Positions 1 to 15,000 of a stretch of DNA of 64,000 nucleotides are shown here, one piece after another. This DNA is from Caecitellus pseudoparvulus (taxonomy: Eukaryota > Protista > Bigyra: Bicosoecida). The notes beneath the pieces are model-generated. The model was not told the origin of the DNA and ran no database searches. It saw only the letters and a program-made list of their open reading frames with translations. Position numbers and translations under genes: made by a program. How positions within the stretch are numbered: the first letter of the stretch is position 1; each line of letters opens with the position of its first letter. The stretch is taken from positions 62,001 through 126,000 of the forward strand of contig CBFFRQ010000094.1 in NCBI GenBank assembly GCA_965644315.1, given 5' to 3'.

Positions 1-3000
1 CTTCACTTCCAATCGTTGCTGTTTCCGGCACGGTTGCTTTGATGGGCTCTGCTGTCCAAACAGGCACCTCGTTGACATCCACCAGCTCCACCGTCACCAC
101 TCCCGACCTTGGCTCAGAGTCCATGCCAACGTCAACCACGCGCACCTCCACGTCAAAGGCAGCACCCAAGGCAGAGATTGCTTCACTTTCATAGTCGAGC
201 ATGCGGCACGCTTCAGTGGCAAGGCGCAGCACGCCAGTGGACTCGTCCACAGTCAAGTACTCCGAGAACGGAGACGGCGCAAGAGAGAAGGTGTACCTCA
301 TGAAGGCTGCAGGCTGCGTGGGGAACGTTGTGTCCTCGTCGGACACAGCAACAGAGCCAATGGTGAGCGCTCGTGGCGCACCCGTCGGCGACAAGCACTC
401 GGGCACAGCAAACACCTGCCCGTCAACGATGCTCACAGGGTCGTTGGCGTCTGTGAGCCTCACCTGCACAGTCCCAAGACCTTCCTTCCCTGACGCATCG
501 TTGATACGAATGGGGATGGAAATAGGACCAGTGGAGGCTTCAAAGTTCAACACAGCGGCCTGGGCAGCGCGGGCAGCGTCGGTGCTTGCATCTGCGATGG
601 ACAACTCCCCGGTGGCTGGGTGAATAGACCAGACCAGAGCGGCTGAGGATGATGCGATGGAGAACACCAGGGTCGCAGGGTCTGAGTCTGGATCGGCAGC
701 AGAGAGGAAAGCAACATGTGTCCCTGGTTCTGGGGACTCAGACACCTCCAACACTTTACCATCCTCTACGAGTACTGGCGCCTCTGGAACATCCTCCACG
801 GCCACACGGATGGTGCTGACTGCGCACAGAGCACCAGGGTCGCATGCACGAATACGCAAGTTAAACTCCGGTTTCGTTTCAAAGTCCAACTCTTTGTCTC
901 CAATCACGGCAAGGTTGCCGCACGAGATCGTCCACACGCTGGACTCGTCCAGCAAAGCCCACGAGAGGTCGGCGCCCTCGGGATCCGAGGCAAGGGAGGT
1001 CAGATCCATGGGTTTGACCGGCCCTTCCTTGACGTAAATGTCACTCCTCTCAAAGGTTGGTGGCTCGTTCACATTGGTGACGGAAATGCGTGCCGCACCC
1101 TCCACAACGTGGTCGCCGTCTGTTACTGACACGACCATGGGGTGCACATTGTGCACCAACTCTTCGAAGTCAAGCTCAACGCCCTCCATGAGCGTGAAGA
1201 CTCCTGCTGGGCTGAGGTGGAAGAAAGATGAACTAGAAACCATGGAGAAGCGGAGCGTAGTTCCCAAGTCCTCGTCAGTCGCAACAAGCACGCCATCCAC
1301 CGCGTCACCTGCAGACGCTGTCTCAGGAATCGTCAGCTTGAACTCGGCGGATGCGAGTTTGGGTGCCTCGGGCACATCACCCACATTCACCTGCAGTGTG
1401 GTCTCGGACACAACATCCAAGTTGCAGGCATCGGACACCGACAGTGCCAACTTGAGCTCTCGCTTCTCTTCAAAGTTCAGGGAGGCCCCGCTTGACACCG
1501 TCACCAAGCCCCTTGTGCCATCTAGAGTGATCCAAGGATTATCTTCCAGTGTGAAGAGCAGCAGACCACACTCGCCCACATCTGGATCGCGTGCATGGAG
1601 GTCAAGTCTGAACTGCTCTCCAGCTTCGGAGTTCTCCGGAATCGTCACCGACGGCGTGGCGTGGAACGCTGGTGGCTCGTTCACATCCAGCACCTGGATC
1701 AGAACTGCCGCCGAATCGGAGGAACCTGCTGAGTCCGTGGCTGTGATGGCTACGCCAATTGTGGGCGTGTACTCATGATTCAGGCTCACGCCCTCCACCA
1801 GGGACAGCACGCCGGTGCTTGATTCAATGGTCAGGGAGCTGCGCACGACCGTGGCCAGAGCGGCATTGGGACCGCAGAGGCTCTTCACAATGGACCCTGG
1901 CGAACGCACTTGAAGCTTCGTGAACAGGGATGGCGACACAACACCAACAGGAGGGCTGGTGAACAGGTCGGATGCCCCGTCAGCGGACCTGGAGGAGCCA
2001 GCTCCAACAACGGCTCGAACGACAGACCTTGACTCAGCGTCGCCTTGCAGCGCGATGTAAATCTTATGCTGCTCATACACTGCCAACGCATCAAAGCTCC
2101 CAGACGCAATGCGGGTCCCTGCTTCATTCACGACGGTGACTTCTGCGTCAGTGCCAGGCGAGAATGCAAACGCAAAGCGAATAGCAGCTCCATCCGCGCT
2201 CGTAAACGCAAGCTCGACGTCGGCCAGCTCCTGCATGTGCAGCACTACAAACGGTGCATCGATTAGCAAGGGCACGGTTGTCATGGACGGCAGCGTTGTC
2301 GAACCAGAGCTCCAACAGTTGGTGGACGAAATGCTGTACTCGAGGCGGTCTGCGGCATCCTGGTCCGTGGCAACAACGGCAGAGCCCAGCTCAACACCGG
2401 GAACGTTCTCAGTCACCACCAAGTCCCCAGGCAACACAACCGGGGCGTCATTTGCATCTTCTACGTGCACTACAAGCTCCGAGCGCACCTCGTTGCCTGC
2501 CATGTCTGACGCGCGCACCACCGTTGTCCTACGTGGCATGGTTTCGAAGTCAAGGCGCTCTGCAAGCGTGATGCTGCCGTCAGGCAATGCAGCGAAAAGG
2601 GGCGAATCTACCGAGTATGACACAGAGTCCCCCTCATCATCATCAGAGCAATCCATACGAGCGATTGTGGTGCCGACAGCCGCACCCTCAGAGATGCGAA
2701 TGGTGGGCAAGGCTGTGCACCGAGGCGCTTCGGGCACATCCAAGACCAAGAAGGAAAAGGAATGCTCCACAACCTCACCTGCCTTGTCGGTGGCCGACAC
2801 TACAACTCGGTATTCCTCCACAGCTTCGTGGTCAAACACGGAGCTTGGCTTTGCTTGGACACGGACGACACCTGTTGCTGCGTCTACGGACAGGGTGCCG
2901 CTTGCGTCCGACACGATGGCAAACGTTGCTGAGTCATCTTCATCTTCGTCGGTTGTAATGAGTGTCGCAATCGTGGCGCCTGTGGAGCTGTAGTCTCCTT

Positions 3001-6000
3001 CGTCCAGCTTGAATGCACCAGCAGGCAGCGCCGCAAACACGGGTGGGAAGTTGGCATCTGAAATGGTCACGAAAAGGTCAGAAGTTGCGAAGGAGCCTGA
3101 CGAGTCAATGACTCGCACTCCAAGCTTCATGGTTGTTCCCACTGCCAACTTTGATTCATAGGACAGCGAAACTTCGCCAGTGGGCTGCAAAGAGAGGAAC
3201 CTGGAGGCGATGTCATCCGTCATGCTGGGCTCCAGCGAGAACGCCAGCTTGGCTGCATCAGCTGCGTCCTCATCGGAGGCGTGAGAAGCAAAGTTGAAAA
3301 TGACAGAGCGAGAAGGCTTGTTTTCGGGGACGGAGCGCTCGAATCTCGCGGCGGAGAACACAGGGGCGTCCGGTCGATCCAGCACGGAAACGGACACAGT
3401 AGAAGTGCCTCGAAGCAGACCAGCATCGGTGGCAACAGCAGTGAACTTCCACTCGGAGCGACCTTCATGGTTCAGCAAATACGGTTTGGAAACCACAATG
3501 CCCCGCTCTCCGTCAAGTGCGAATGGGGAGTCGGCTGCTCCCTCCAGAGAGAACGTGAGAGCAGACGAGCCCTTTGCTGCTTCGTCAGGGTCAGAGGCGG
3601 AAAGGCGGCCCACCAACACCCCAGCAACGGCGTTTTCCGCCACGACGAAGCGAACATGCTCAGAAGACATGACAGGTGCTTCGTTTACGTTGTCCACAGA
3701 GACTGTGATCGGAACAGCAGGGGACGCCAGTCCACCTTCATCTGTGACCCGGACGCTGACGTCGAGCGACTTGCGTGACTCTGGCAGCGCCTCAAAGTCA
3801 ATGCTGCCTGCGCTTGTAACAAAGAGCTGACCAGATGCCGCGTCGATTGCGACCAGGCCACCAGCAGAGGCGAGCAGCGAGTATCGCAACACCGCTCCTG
3901 CATCTGGGTCCCTCGCACTGAGAGGTGCACCGATACTCTGGCCGGCTGGGGCGTTCTCTGAGACACGGAATGTGGCATCGCTGCCAACCTCCAGCAGCGG
4001 AACTTCGTTCATGTCCATGACCTTCACTGTCACGGTTGAGAGTGTTGACAGTCTCTCCGCGGAAGCATCCTTCACTGCCACTTCAAGAATGATGGCCGGG
4101 TCCCTTTCGAAGTCCAGTGCACCCAGCGCTGCCCCCTCTGCTGTGAGGACAATGTCCAAGCCACTTGTTGAGAATAGACTCGAGTGCTTTCCGCTCGAAA
4201 TAGAGAGGCTCAGCGGTGTCCCTTCTGGGTCAGTTGCGTCCACCCGGCCAACGACCTCCCCTGCGAGCTTGGAGCTAGCAGAGGTGGCTTCCGCCACTGA
4301 AAAGACTGACGACGAGACAAGCGGCGCTTCGTTGATGTCTCCAACACGAAGTGTGAATGTTGAGCTTGACCTCAAGCCCCCCTTGTCCTGTACACGCACT
4401 GTGCATGTATGCTCGGATGCAGTCTCAAAATCCAAAGACCGTTCCAAGGAGACTGCACCAGAAGTTGAGTTCACGAGAAGCAGAGGGCAGGAACCCTCTG
4501 TGAAGAACGCCAGAGATGCATCCAGATCGGGATCCACAGCGGATAGCGTGGCAATGACGGTGCTTGTTGGCGTGGTTTCAGGCACAGCTGCGCTGAGCCC
4601 CAGCACGAACTGAGGGGCCTCGTTCACGTCCGACACTACCACAGTGAAAGACTCCGACGCCACCTGGCTGCCGTCAGTGACCGTAATCACCAACCCATAC
4701 CCAGCCGAGGGCGCACTTTCATAGTCAAGGCCTGACCCTGGAGCAGTGAGCACTCCTGAACAGCTCGAGAGGGCGAAGAGGCCGCTGGGATCCTCAAGTG
4801 TGAACACCAGTGGCTTGCTCCCTTCCGTGCTCACTGGAACAGTGTAGGTGAAGTCACTGTTCTCTGTGGCAGAGATCGATGCAGGCAGTTCTAAAGCCAG
4901 CATGTCATCGAGGTTAGTCACCTTCATGGTAATGAGAGCAGTGGACATGAGGCCGGCCTGGTCCGTGACGGCAATGGTGTAAGGCGTGGGCGATCCACTT
5001 TCAAAATCGAAAACTGAACCATGGCTTCCACTCAGAATGTCATTCTCACAGCCAGCTCGGACATCTCCCGTCAAGGGGTCGAGTTGCAGAAGCTTGTCTG
5101 CGCTGCACAGAGGCGCATCGTCAACACTTGCGGGGAACGAAAAACGCAGAACATCGTCAGTGTCCTCGTCGTGGGCGGAGATTGATGCAACAACCGTCCC
5201 AATTGGTCTGTTCTCGGCCACTGAGAAGCTCTGGTCTTCGACGATAGGGCGCTCATTCACACCCACCACCCGAAGTGATACAACAGAGGAGGAGCGCAAG
5301 CCGCTGTCGTCCGTGGAAGTGATTGAAATCAGAACCTCTTCATCCGCCAAAGTATCCGCGTCGTATTCACTCCGATCTGCTGACGGCTTGATGAACAGCT
5401 CCAGTTTGCCAGAGTCCGTACCAGGCCTCAGATCCACAAAACTGCCGTCGGAGCCGCGTGCTGATAGTGTGGACACCACAGCAGCGGGAACTTCATCCTT
5501 GACATCAAGGTATGCAATGACCATTCCAGGCATGGCGCTTTCTTTCATTGCGATACAAGCAATGGCTTCTTCTTTGCATGCTTGCGCTGAGCGTGAGACA
5601 ACCGAGACAGGGCCGAAGTCTGAAAGAGACACCGCGGGCGGTTCATCCACATTCAGAACATCGAGAGACAGGATGAAATAGGTGGCTGCTGTCTGGTCCG
5701 AGTCATCCTCAACACGCATCTCAAATCCCACCATGGGGTATGATGTTGCCTCGGCGTCCACCAAGTCGACAAGCCGTAGCTTCGCTGCTCGGTTGTCCAC
5801 GTGTTCAAGCTTGAATGGTACAGGGTTTGCGCCAGGATGGCAAACAGACAAGTGTTGCCCAGACGGCACTTGACCACCCACGCGGGTGATGAGGATGCCG
5901 TCGAGGTTCATGGTCGCCACAATGTCGCTGTCATCTGTGCGGTGGCTCTTGAACAGTGTCACAGACTCAGAGGATACCAAGAGTCCGACAGCAATCTGTG

Positions 6001-9000
6001 GTGAACCCGGAACGGAGGCTTCGGACACTCCAACACTAGCCACTGTCTCTGACACTACGCTACAGCTTCCTCTCTTGCAAATTCGAGCTTGGGATGATTC
6101 TGCGGCAAGGGTCCACACAATCTGAATGGGAGTTCCGTCCTGGGTTCCGTCCAGCAGCACCATCAAGTCGCTGACAGCGCCGGCACGAAGCCTGAGGTGC
6201 TCAGGGGTGCCCCCTGTGGTGGCACGCACAGGCACTGGGGAGAAGCTGGCAGTCCCTGTTGTTTCCGGCCCCCAGCACAAGTCATCAGAGACCACGCTGA
6301 AGGTGACCACATCACCCACATCGTTGTCCACCGCCCGAAGCTCGGTGGCCAGCAGTGTGCCGACAGGGGTGCCTTCGGAGATGCTGACGACAACATTGTC
6401 CAACACTGGGGTCTCATTCTCATCCAGAACGATCACAGTCACCATCGCATCGACCCGAGTCCCAGCCTTGTCCGTCAGCTGCACTGGCAGGAACAAGGTG
6501 GGTGCAGACTCGAAGTCCAACCGGACATCTGAGCGAAGTGCAACTTGTCCGTCCGCCTTGACAGAGAAAGGTGTACGTGCACTGCCTCCCAGCGCAAAGG
6601 TGACCTCCTCCTCAAGGTCGGGGTCGATGGCTTCCAACCTGAACAACACAGATCCAGGCGAAGCAGATTCAGACACGGCAAACTTGAGGCTCGTTTTCGA
6701 CAGGACGGGGGCGACGTCATTTACATCTTGCACTGATACAGTCACAGCCACCCTGCCGGCGATGCCCTCCGGGCTGGTCGCTTCAACCACAAGATCATAC
6801 GTCTCCTGAAGCTCGCGATCAAGCAAGACCGCCCGGTTCACCACCACTCTGCCATCGCTTGACACATCGAAGACCCCACCGGTGTCCCCTTGCACGATGC
6901 GGTACTCAGAGACTGGTAGGTCGGAAGAAACGCTCAGCACAGTTTCCATGGGCGCCGCTCCTTCAGAAACGACTGCCATAAGTGGAACTGCCGACAGACG
7001 AGGGGCTGCTGATTCGGATGCAACGGTGGTGATTCGAATCTTGCAGGAGTCCGTGGGCCGGCCGCCCTCCTTGGCTGAGACAAAGGCGGTGCCTTCAAAT
7101 ACAGCAAACGCCTCCAAGTCCACACCAGCTGCCACAGAGAGGACGCCTGTGACAGGATCCACCACGAACTCCTCAAGACCGTGGAGTGCAAACGTCACGG
7201 CGTCCCCATCTGCGTCCCAGGCAGCCAGCGTGCCGACCACGGAGCCTGCAGCAGCACCCTCGGGCACACTGAACTGTGCGAGCTTCGACAGCAGCGCTGG
7301 GCTTTCATCAACATCCCCAACGACGACGGTGTACCTAGCGACGGCAGCGAGAGCTGTGGAGTCCAAGGCCCGGATTGAGACCCACATGTCTTCGTGGCTG
7401 GCTTCAAAGTCAACGTCAACATCCTCTGTCAGGAACACAGTGCCAGATCGAGCATCAACGGCAAAACGTCCCACATGCGATGAAGTCTCCACAGAGTAGG
7501 TGAGCGAATCTGACGCGGCACCGTCGTCATCGTGGGCGCCCAGAGAACCAACGAGGGGAGCACCCACCTTGCTGTTCTCCAGAAGAACGAGCGTGGCAGA
7601 GCGCAGAGTGGGGGGCTCTGCCAGGTCCTGAATGTGCACAGACACAACCAAGGGGACTGATGTTGCTGCAGGGGAGCCCGAGTCCACGGCAACCAGCGTG
7701 AGGGAAACGGTGCTGACGGCCTCATGGTTCAGTGCGCCCCGCACAAACAGCTGCCCGGTAGAACGCTCGACGGCGAAGAGGGCTGGGTGGGAGCTCTTCG
7801 CGATATGCATGGTGTGTGTTTGATCTTCGTCAGAGTCCCTGATGAAGGACAGCAGGGGAGGCCCAAACGCAGTGCCGGGCGGGGTGTTTTCCTGAACAAC
7901 GAGGACCTTGGGGGTGACCGAGGCGAAGGTGGGAGCCTCATTTGCATCTTCAACCTGAATCACCACCTCACACTCCGCACGCAGGCCACCGCCGTCCTCC
8001 ACAAGGTACGACAGGGTGTACTCTGGCACGCGTTCGTGATCTAGGGCCCCTGCCATGGCACCTCTGGGTGTCAGCAGCACCTGCCCCGTCGGGTCAACAT
8101 CAAAGAGTCCAGCTCCGCCGCCCAGGGTCGAGAACTTCAACTTTCCGTTTGCCCCAGCGTCAACATCGCTCGCGGGGAGGCGCGAGCCGAATGGGCCTCC
8201 GGCCGAAGTCTCAGAAGCATCTTCGGAGATGGTGAGCACGGCATCCTCGCAACTGGGAGCTTCGTTCACGTCCAGCGCGACAATGCTCACGTGTGAGGTG
8301 GCCACATGCCCCATGAGGTCCGTTGCAGATACGACTAGATCGTAGGAGCTCTGCGAAGACGATTCAAAGTCCAAGACGCCAGCAGCGGTTGACACCAAGT
8401 ACCCATCGCCGTCGATGGCGAAGGATCCTGTTGGGTCCCCTTTGCTGATGCGCAGCGAGATTGAGTCGCCTGCATCGGGGTCACGTGCTTGGAGGGGAGC
8501 CCCAAACTGCGCCCCAGGTGCCACATCTTCGGGGACCGCAAAGAGTGCATCTGCAATGAAAGGTGCTTCGTTGACATCTTGAACGAGGACCTTCACAGTG
8601 ACTGTAGCAAAGCGTGGAGAAGGGTTTACTCCGTTGTCCGTCACTCGGACGGTCAGCTCGTGCACAGGTGTTGACTCGGCGTCAAGCTTAGCTCCTTCAG
8701 CTAACAGCAGCTGGCCGGTGTGGGGATTCAAGGTGAACGTCTCCCCTGCTCCCCCGAGAATTGCGAATGTGTGGACCTGGTCGGCATCTGCGTCCTCAAC
8801 GGCAAGTACCGCTCCCACCCGAGCACCCCCTGCCGCGTCTTCTGGTACTCTGCGGTGCAACGTGCCGTCCTCGTGCAATCCGACAAACATCGGAGCATCG
8901 TTAATGTCCTCCACAGCCACTGTGACGGTTGCACGGCTGCTGCGCGTGTCGCCTCCGGAAGGACCCGTGAGAGCTTCCACATGCACGAGGTGTTCACGAG

Positions 9001-12000
9001 CCCGCGAGGCATCAAGGCTCGCATCAGCACGTAGTTTAAGGTTCCCTGTGTGCTCATCAACCGAGAAAAATGAGTTGGGAGCCGCCAGGCGGTACCAAAG
9101 ACGGCCGAACGCGCCTCCGTCAACATCCATGGCATCGATGCCCGAGTCGGGCAGGACAGTCCCACTGCGCTGGTTTTCTGGAACTGAAACCCGCACTCCT
9201 TTCACTGAAGGCGCCTCATGCACGTTCTTGATGCGAATAAGCACTTGGCCGCGTGCCTTGGCGGATGGCACGCCGTTGTCAGTGGCGGTCAACTCTGCCA
9301 CAACGGCGGGGACCTTGAAGTCCCGCAGTGCGGCCTTGTTGAGGGACAAGTCGCCGGACAGTCGTTCGACCCCAAACGTGCCTGCAAGGTGAGTAGGTAC
9401 CTCAAGCAGCTCAAGGGAGAAGGTGTGCTCTTGGTCTTCATCGGCATCTGCCAACCCCCATTCTGTGCCGCGAGCAACAACGGTCCCGGCACTTGCCGTC
9501 TCAGCCACATCAACGCACGCAACGTACAAGGCAGGGCAGCCAGGAACGACTGGGTTCGAAAAGACAGGCGCATTGTTGCTGTCCTTCACGTGCACATGCA
9601 CGATGCCCTCGCCAGCCAGGGCTTCTGGGGCACCGTCGTCGTGCACCTGCACCTTCAGGCCGTGTGCAAGCTGCGTTGCGTACGACAGGCCGGCAGGTCC
9701 CACCACAATTGCACCAGTGCTGCGATCAACGACGAACGTCCCATCAGAGTCTTCGCTGGCCTGCACACAAAAGTACTTCAGGGAAGCGCCCGGAATGGTT
9801 GACGAGACGGTGGCCCGGAAGGTCGCCGGCACCTGCTCGAGCTCCAAGGCGATTGACATCTTCGCCTTGCCTTGAGAGACCTGAACTTCGTTCACCAACG
9901 TGTCAATGACAATGCGTGTTTCACCTGCGTCGCTCTCAGTGGAGCGCTCTACACAAGATGCCTCCTTGCACACCTTCACAGTCAGCTCCGACTCCTTGAG
10001 GTGGACAGACAGCACAGCTTCGTCTGCTGCCAGACGCAGTGACGTGCCAACCTGGAGGAGTGCCGTTGCTGAGGTTGTGGTTGCCACCCTCACAGGCTGA
10101 GGCAGGAGCCCACCGGAGCGGACGCCGATACTCTGCTGGCTCCAGCAGGAAGCAGACAACAAAGAGAACGTGTGCTGGTCCATGACATCCTCATCTATGA
10201 AGGCGATGAAACCGACGACTGTGCCGGGCGCTGCTGCCTCTGACACGCTGAACTTGGAGGATTGGACGACCGGGGCATCGTTCGCGTCCCCCACATGAAT
10301 GGTGAGCTTGCATGAGTCAGTGAGACCTGCCTCGTCCGTAACCGTGACAGGAAGGCTCACCTTCGTGCGTGCTTCAAAGCTGGCGGGCCGCGGACCAACT
10401 GTCAGGATCCCATCCGCGGACAGCGTGACTGCGCCCTCCTCGTCGGCGTCAGCCGTCGCGAATGTGTGCACGTCACCCTCATCCTCGTCGTCCACCAGAA
10501 GCCTGGCGATGACAGTGCCAGGCACAGCTGCTTCGCTGACCTTGTAATTCTGTGCGCAAGCTTCGCTCAAGTCTGGAGCATCTGGGGAATCCAACACGTG
10601 GACAACTGCAATGGCTACGCTGTGGGCGGGGTATGCCTCAGGCCCGACGGCCAGGACTGTAAGGACGTGCTCAGCCTTGGTGGACAAGCGCAATCGGGAG
10701 CCGTCATTGACAGTCAGCTTCCCATCCAAACCCATGCCAAAGGTGTTGCCTTGGTTCCCAGAGACGATCTGGTGATGCCACTCCAGGTCAGGCGTCGAAG
10801 GCTGCAGTGCGAGAAGGCCGATGGCGGTGCCGAATGGAGCGTGCTCGGGCACCTGGAAGTGGAACACGGGTACCTCGAGGTCTCCCAACTCTGGCGTTGC
10901 ATAGTGGGTGGCGTGCTTTTCAGCGGCCCACTTCTGAGGCACTTTTTCTATGCTTTCTGCTGCGATGACACGAACCTCGGTGGGCGCTGCTGCGCGCTGC
11001 CCTTGAGCATCCACAGCCTGCACAGACATGATAACGTTTAGGTCAGCCGGAATCTCCCGTTTGGTAGTTACAGTGCGTGTGGAGTTGGATGCTTCGTCAA
11101 AGGTCACGGTGTGCTTGGTGGGGGTCAAGCGAAGCGCACCTGTGCGTGTGTCGACCGTCACCCAGTCGCTGGCCCGCGCAGCGAAGTAGCGCATGTCCCC
11201 AGACAGGGAAGCTGTGTCTACGTCGGAGGCTCCCACAACACCAATGACCTCTCCATCCGCGTAGCTAGCGCCCGCCAGAACGATGATTTCGACGCTTGCT
11301 GCCAGCATGACTGGTGCCTCGGGTGCGTCGTCCACAACAAGACGCACAGTCTGCTGGCTGGAGGCAGCATGTGGGTCTGTGGCGGAGATGGTGAGCGTGT
11401 ATGATGGCTGAGTCTCATAGTCGAGGCTGACACCTTCAGCAAGGCTAAGCTGGCCCGTCACAGCGTCGATAACCACGCGGTCGGCGTCGCGACTGGGGAC
11501 AACCGCGTACGAGATCGCCTCGCTTTCAGGGTCAGTTGCCCGAATGGGGGCCCCAAAGCTGGACCTTGAAGGCAAAGATTCAGACACGTGCAGTGTGGTG
11601 GCAGGCACTGAGAACATCGGTGGCTCATTGACGTCGGAAATGCCAATGGTCACCGTGGCGGGCGCGGCGTTTGCTTGACCGTCCGAGGCCACCACATTGA
11701 GCGTGAAAGATGTTGCCCCACTTTCCGCATCCAGCGCACTGGCATCCCGGACAAGCACCCGCCCAGTATCATGGTCAACCTCGAAGACGCCGGGGGAGGA
11801 TGCCGCTGCCACAAAGTACTTCACATCATCGTCCTCAGCGTCAGTGGCAGACAGGGTGCCGACCAGGCTTCCCTTTACAGCATCCTCTGCGACGTCAAAC
11901 GAATGGCTCTCCATAACAGGCGCCTCGTTCACATCAACCACCTTCACAGTGATCGTTTCTTCAACTGACAGCGCGGGGGAAGCGCTGTCTGTTGCGCGAA

Positions 12001-15000
12001 CGCGGAGTGTGTAGCTGGGTGTGCTCTCGTAGTCGAGGGGTGTCTCGCCCACGAAGGTCACCATGCCGTCTCTTGCGACAGCGAAAGGTGTGCCAGAGCT
12101 GAGCAGCTCAAGTGAAACTGTTTGCTCCTCGTCAACATCGCCAGCAGTCAGAGTTGGTGTCAGCACAGCCCCCGCCTCCGCGTCTTCAGGGATGGACAGG
12201 TCCACCACTGTAACGAAAGGCGCCTCGTTCACATCAGTCACGATGACGTGCAGGGCGCACTCCTCGCCGAATGTGGAGCTCCCTTCGTCGGTCGCGACAA
12301 GTGTCAAGTGAAACGCGGGTTCAGTCTCGAAGTCCAAGGCCTTTCGTAGAGACAGGGCACCAGTGCCCTTGTCGACCGCGAACGTGCTGCCGGCGTTGCC
12401 CTTTGAGATGCTGACAACCATTCCATCCCCCTCTGGGTCGGAAAAGTCGCAGGGGTTGGCCTGAGTCCAGTCTGCCGGCACTGCGTCCTCTGGAACGCGT
12501 ACTGTAGCTGCGTGGAGGCCAGATGGCGGTTCGTTGACGTCTTTCACGTGGACTGTGACATCTGCAGTGGCCGAGAGGCGTGCGGGCCCAGGCACGTCCA
12601 AACCATCGTCCACTACCTGCACCACAAGGGAGTGAGACCGTTGGGCTTCGAAGTCCAGCCCCTCTGCAGCTACCTTCAGCTGCCCTGACTGCGCGTCGAT
12701 CTTGAACAAACCCGCTGCGTTGCCAGCAACGATCGAATACATGAGCGTCTGTTCAGAGTCATCATCGATTCCGAGAATGGGTTTGCCGACCAGCGTGTTG
12801 ATGGAAGCGGTCTCTGCGACAGAGCGGCTGGTAGCATCAATGGAGGGGGGGCGGTTGCGGTCTGCCACAACGACGGTCACCGTGGCAGTGCTGGTCGCTC
12901 CGCGGGCATCTGACAGGCCCAGCAGTAGCTTGTAGGATGCAGCACCTGATGACCTGGCATCCAGCCTTGCAGACCCGTGGAAGAGGCTCCCGTCACGAAC
13001 GATGAACCAGGGCTTGCCAGCTTCGTCGGCGCCATTCCCAGACACAATCGAAACTGTGACTTCGTCGCCATCCTCATCCTCGATGGCGAGGGACTTGCCA
13101 CCGATGGCCATCCACGGTGCGATGTCTTCGGGCACCAAGAGCTTGGCGTCCAACAGCAGCGGGGCGTCATTCTCATCTTGGACCTTGATTGCCTGCTGCA
13201 CCTCCACGTGTGCGCCAGCTGCGTCTGAGGCAGCAATCGTGAGCACGTAGCTTTGTGCGTGCTCAAAGTTGAGTGGCTCCAGAAGGGTGACGATCCCCGC
13301 GTCCGAGACGGCAAACGTGTTCAGTGGGGCTCCACTGACAATGCGGAAGGAAAGAGCGTCTCCTGCATCTTCATCGCCGATGTCAAGGCTCGTGACCACG
13401 GTGCCGATCGCGGCAGCCTCACTGACACGCACAGCAGCGGGCGCGCCACCTGCTCCATGGAAGCGGGGCGCGTCGTTCTCATCAGTCACCTGCACTGTGA
13501 CAGAGATGGCACCTGAGGCGCCCCTCGGGTCCATGACGATGACTTCCAGGAAGTGTACTCGTTGAGTTTCATAGTTCAGCGCCTTTGCAACGGTCACCTG
13601 GCCGTCCTTTGACACTGAAAACTTGTCACCCCCCGTGTTCATCATGAACAGGAGAGAGTCGCTGTCTTCATCGGTGGCGATCAGGGGGGCACCAACTTTC
13701 TCCCCCACAGGCGCATGCTCTGATACAGAAAAGGTGACGGCGGGCATGCCGTGGGGCGCATCGTTCTGGTCCACAACCAGCACACCCAGATGGTGTTCAG
13801 TAGTGCTCTCCTTGTCTGACGCTGTGATGGTGAGCTTGTGCGCTGGCAGCGCTTCGAAGTTCAGGCCCCGGCTTCCGACCAACAGCTGCGAGCCCTTGAG
13901 CACGAAAGCGTCACCTTCATTCCCTGCAGCGATGGCAAGTGTGACGGCGTCCCCCTCCTCGTCAGTCACCGACAGATCAGCAACGAGTGCCCCAGGGCTG
14001 TTCTCGAATACACTCACGCTTGAAGGTGCATCCACGAACACAGGGGCATCATTTGCGTCGGTGACAGACAGGGAAACTCGCGCGATGTTGGAGAGGCCCC
14101 CTCCGTCCACGAAAACCCCGTCATCTGTCGCCTGAACGAGCAGCTCATAGCTGCGTGCAGCCTCATCTTCGAAGTCCAGCGGCTTCTCCAGGACAAGGAA
14201 CCCCCTGTCGTCGACAGAGAAGATGCCAGCTCCGTTTCCTTGGAGGATGCGGTAGGAGAGTGCGCCTCCGTCATCCAGGAATGGCAGGGGAGACTTTGAC
14301 AGTCGGCTGCCCACATCGACTCCTTCTGAGACCTCGACTGTGAAGGAGCCACCAGTTGGGGCGGCGTTCGTGTCATCCGGTGCAACAAGGACGACATACT
14401 TGAACCCAGGTGACTTGTTGTCGCACCGGGAAGTGTCGCCAACCACCCTCGCACACACGCCCAAGACGGCAAGCACAGGGAACTCTGGTTTGTTGTCTGT
14501 GACGATGTCTGGGCTGCCCAAGGGGTAGTAGTCTTCGGAGTTAATGTTGACGATGTCCCCATTCGTTTGCAGCTCGAGCCACAGCATGGGCCGTTGGGCG
14601 GGAACGGTGCGGGGCCTGTCAAAGAAACGCAGTGCCCACGGGACAAACTCAATGTCGCCGCCATCTTCAGCAAAGGCCGCGAGCCGGGCAACCAGCTCGC
14701 CCTTCCGCGCTCCAACCTTGGCGGGGACAACAGCGTACTGCTCGTCATTGGACCACTCGACTGTCCTGGCCGCCGCCATGTCCTCTGGGGTCATGCAGCT
14801 GCCCGGGCAGCTGAACTTGCTCAAGCCTGAGATTATGTTCAGCCACTTGATGCCTTCAGGCTTGTCTGTTACGGCCACACTGACCCAGAAAAAGGCCTGC
14901 AGGTTGCCCACGCCGCTGTCCGTCACGCGCACCTTCAAGCGCATGGTGTGCACGCCGCTTTCGAAGTCGAACGCTGCGTCAGCGTAGGTGGACAGCACGC

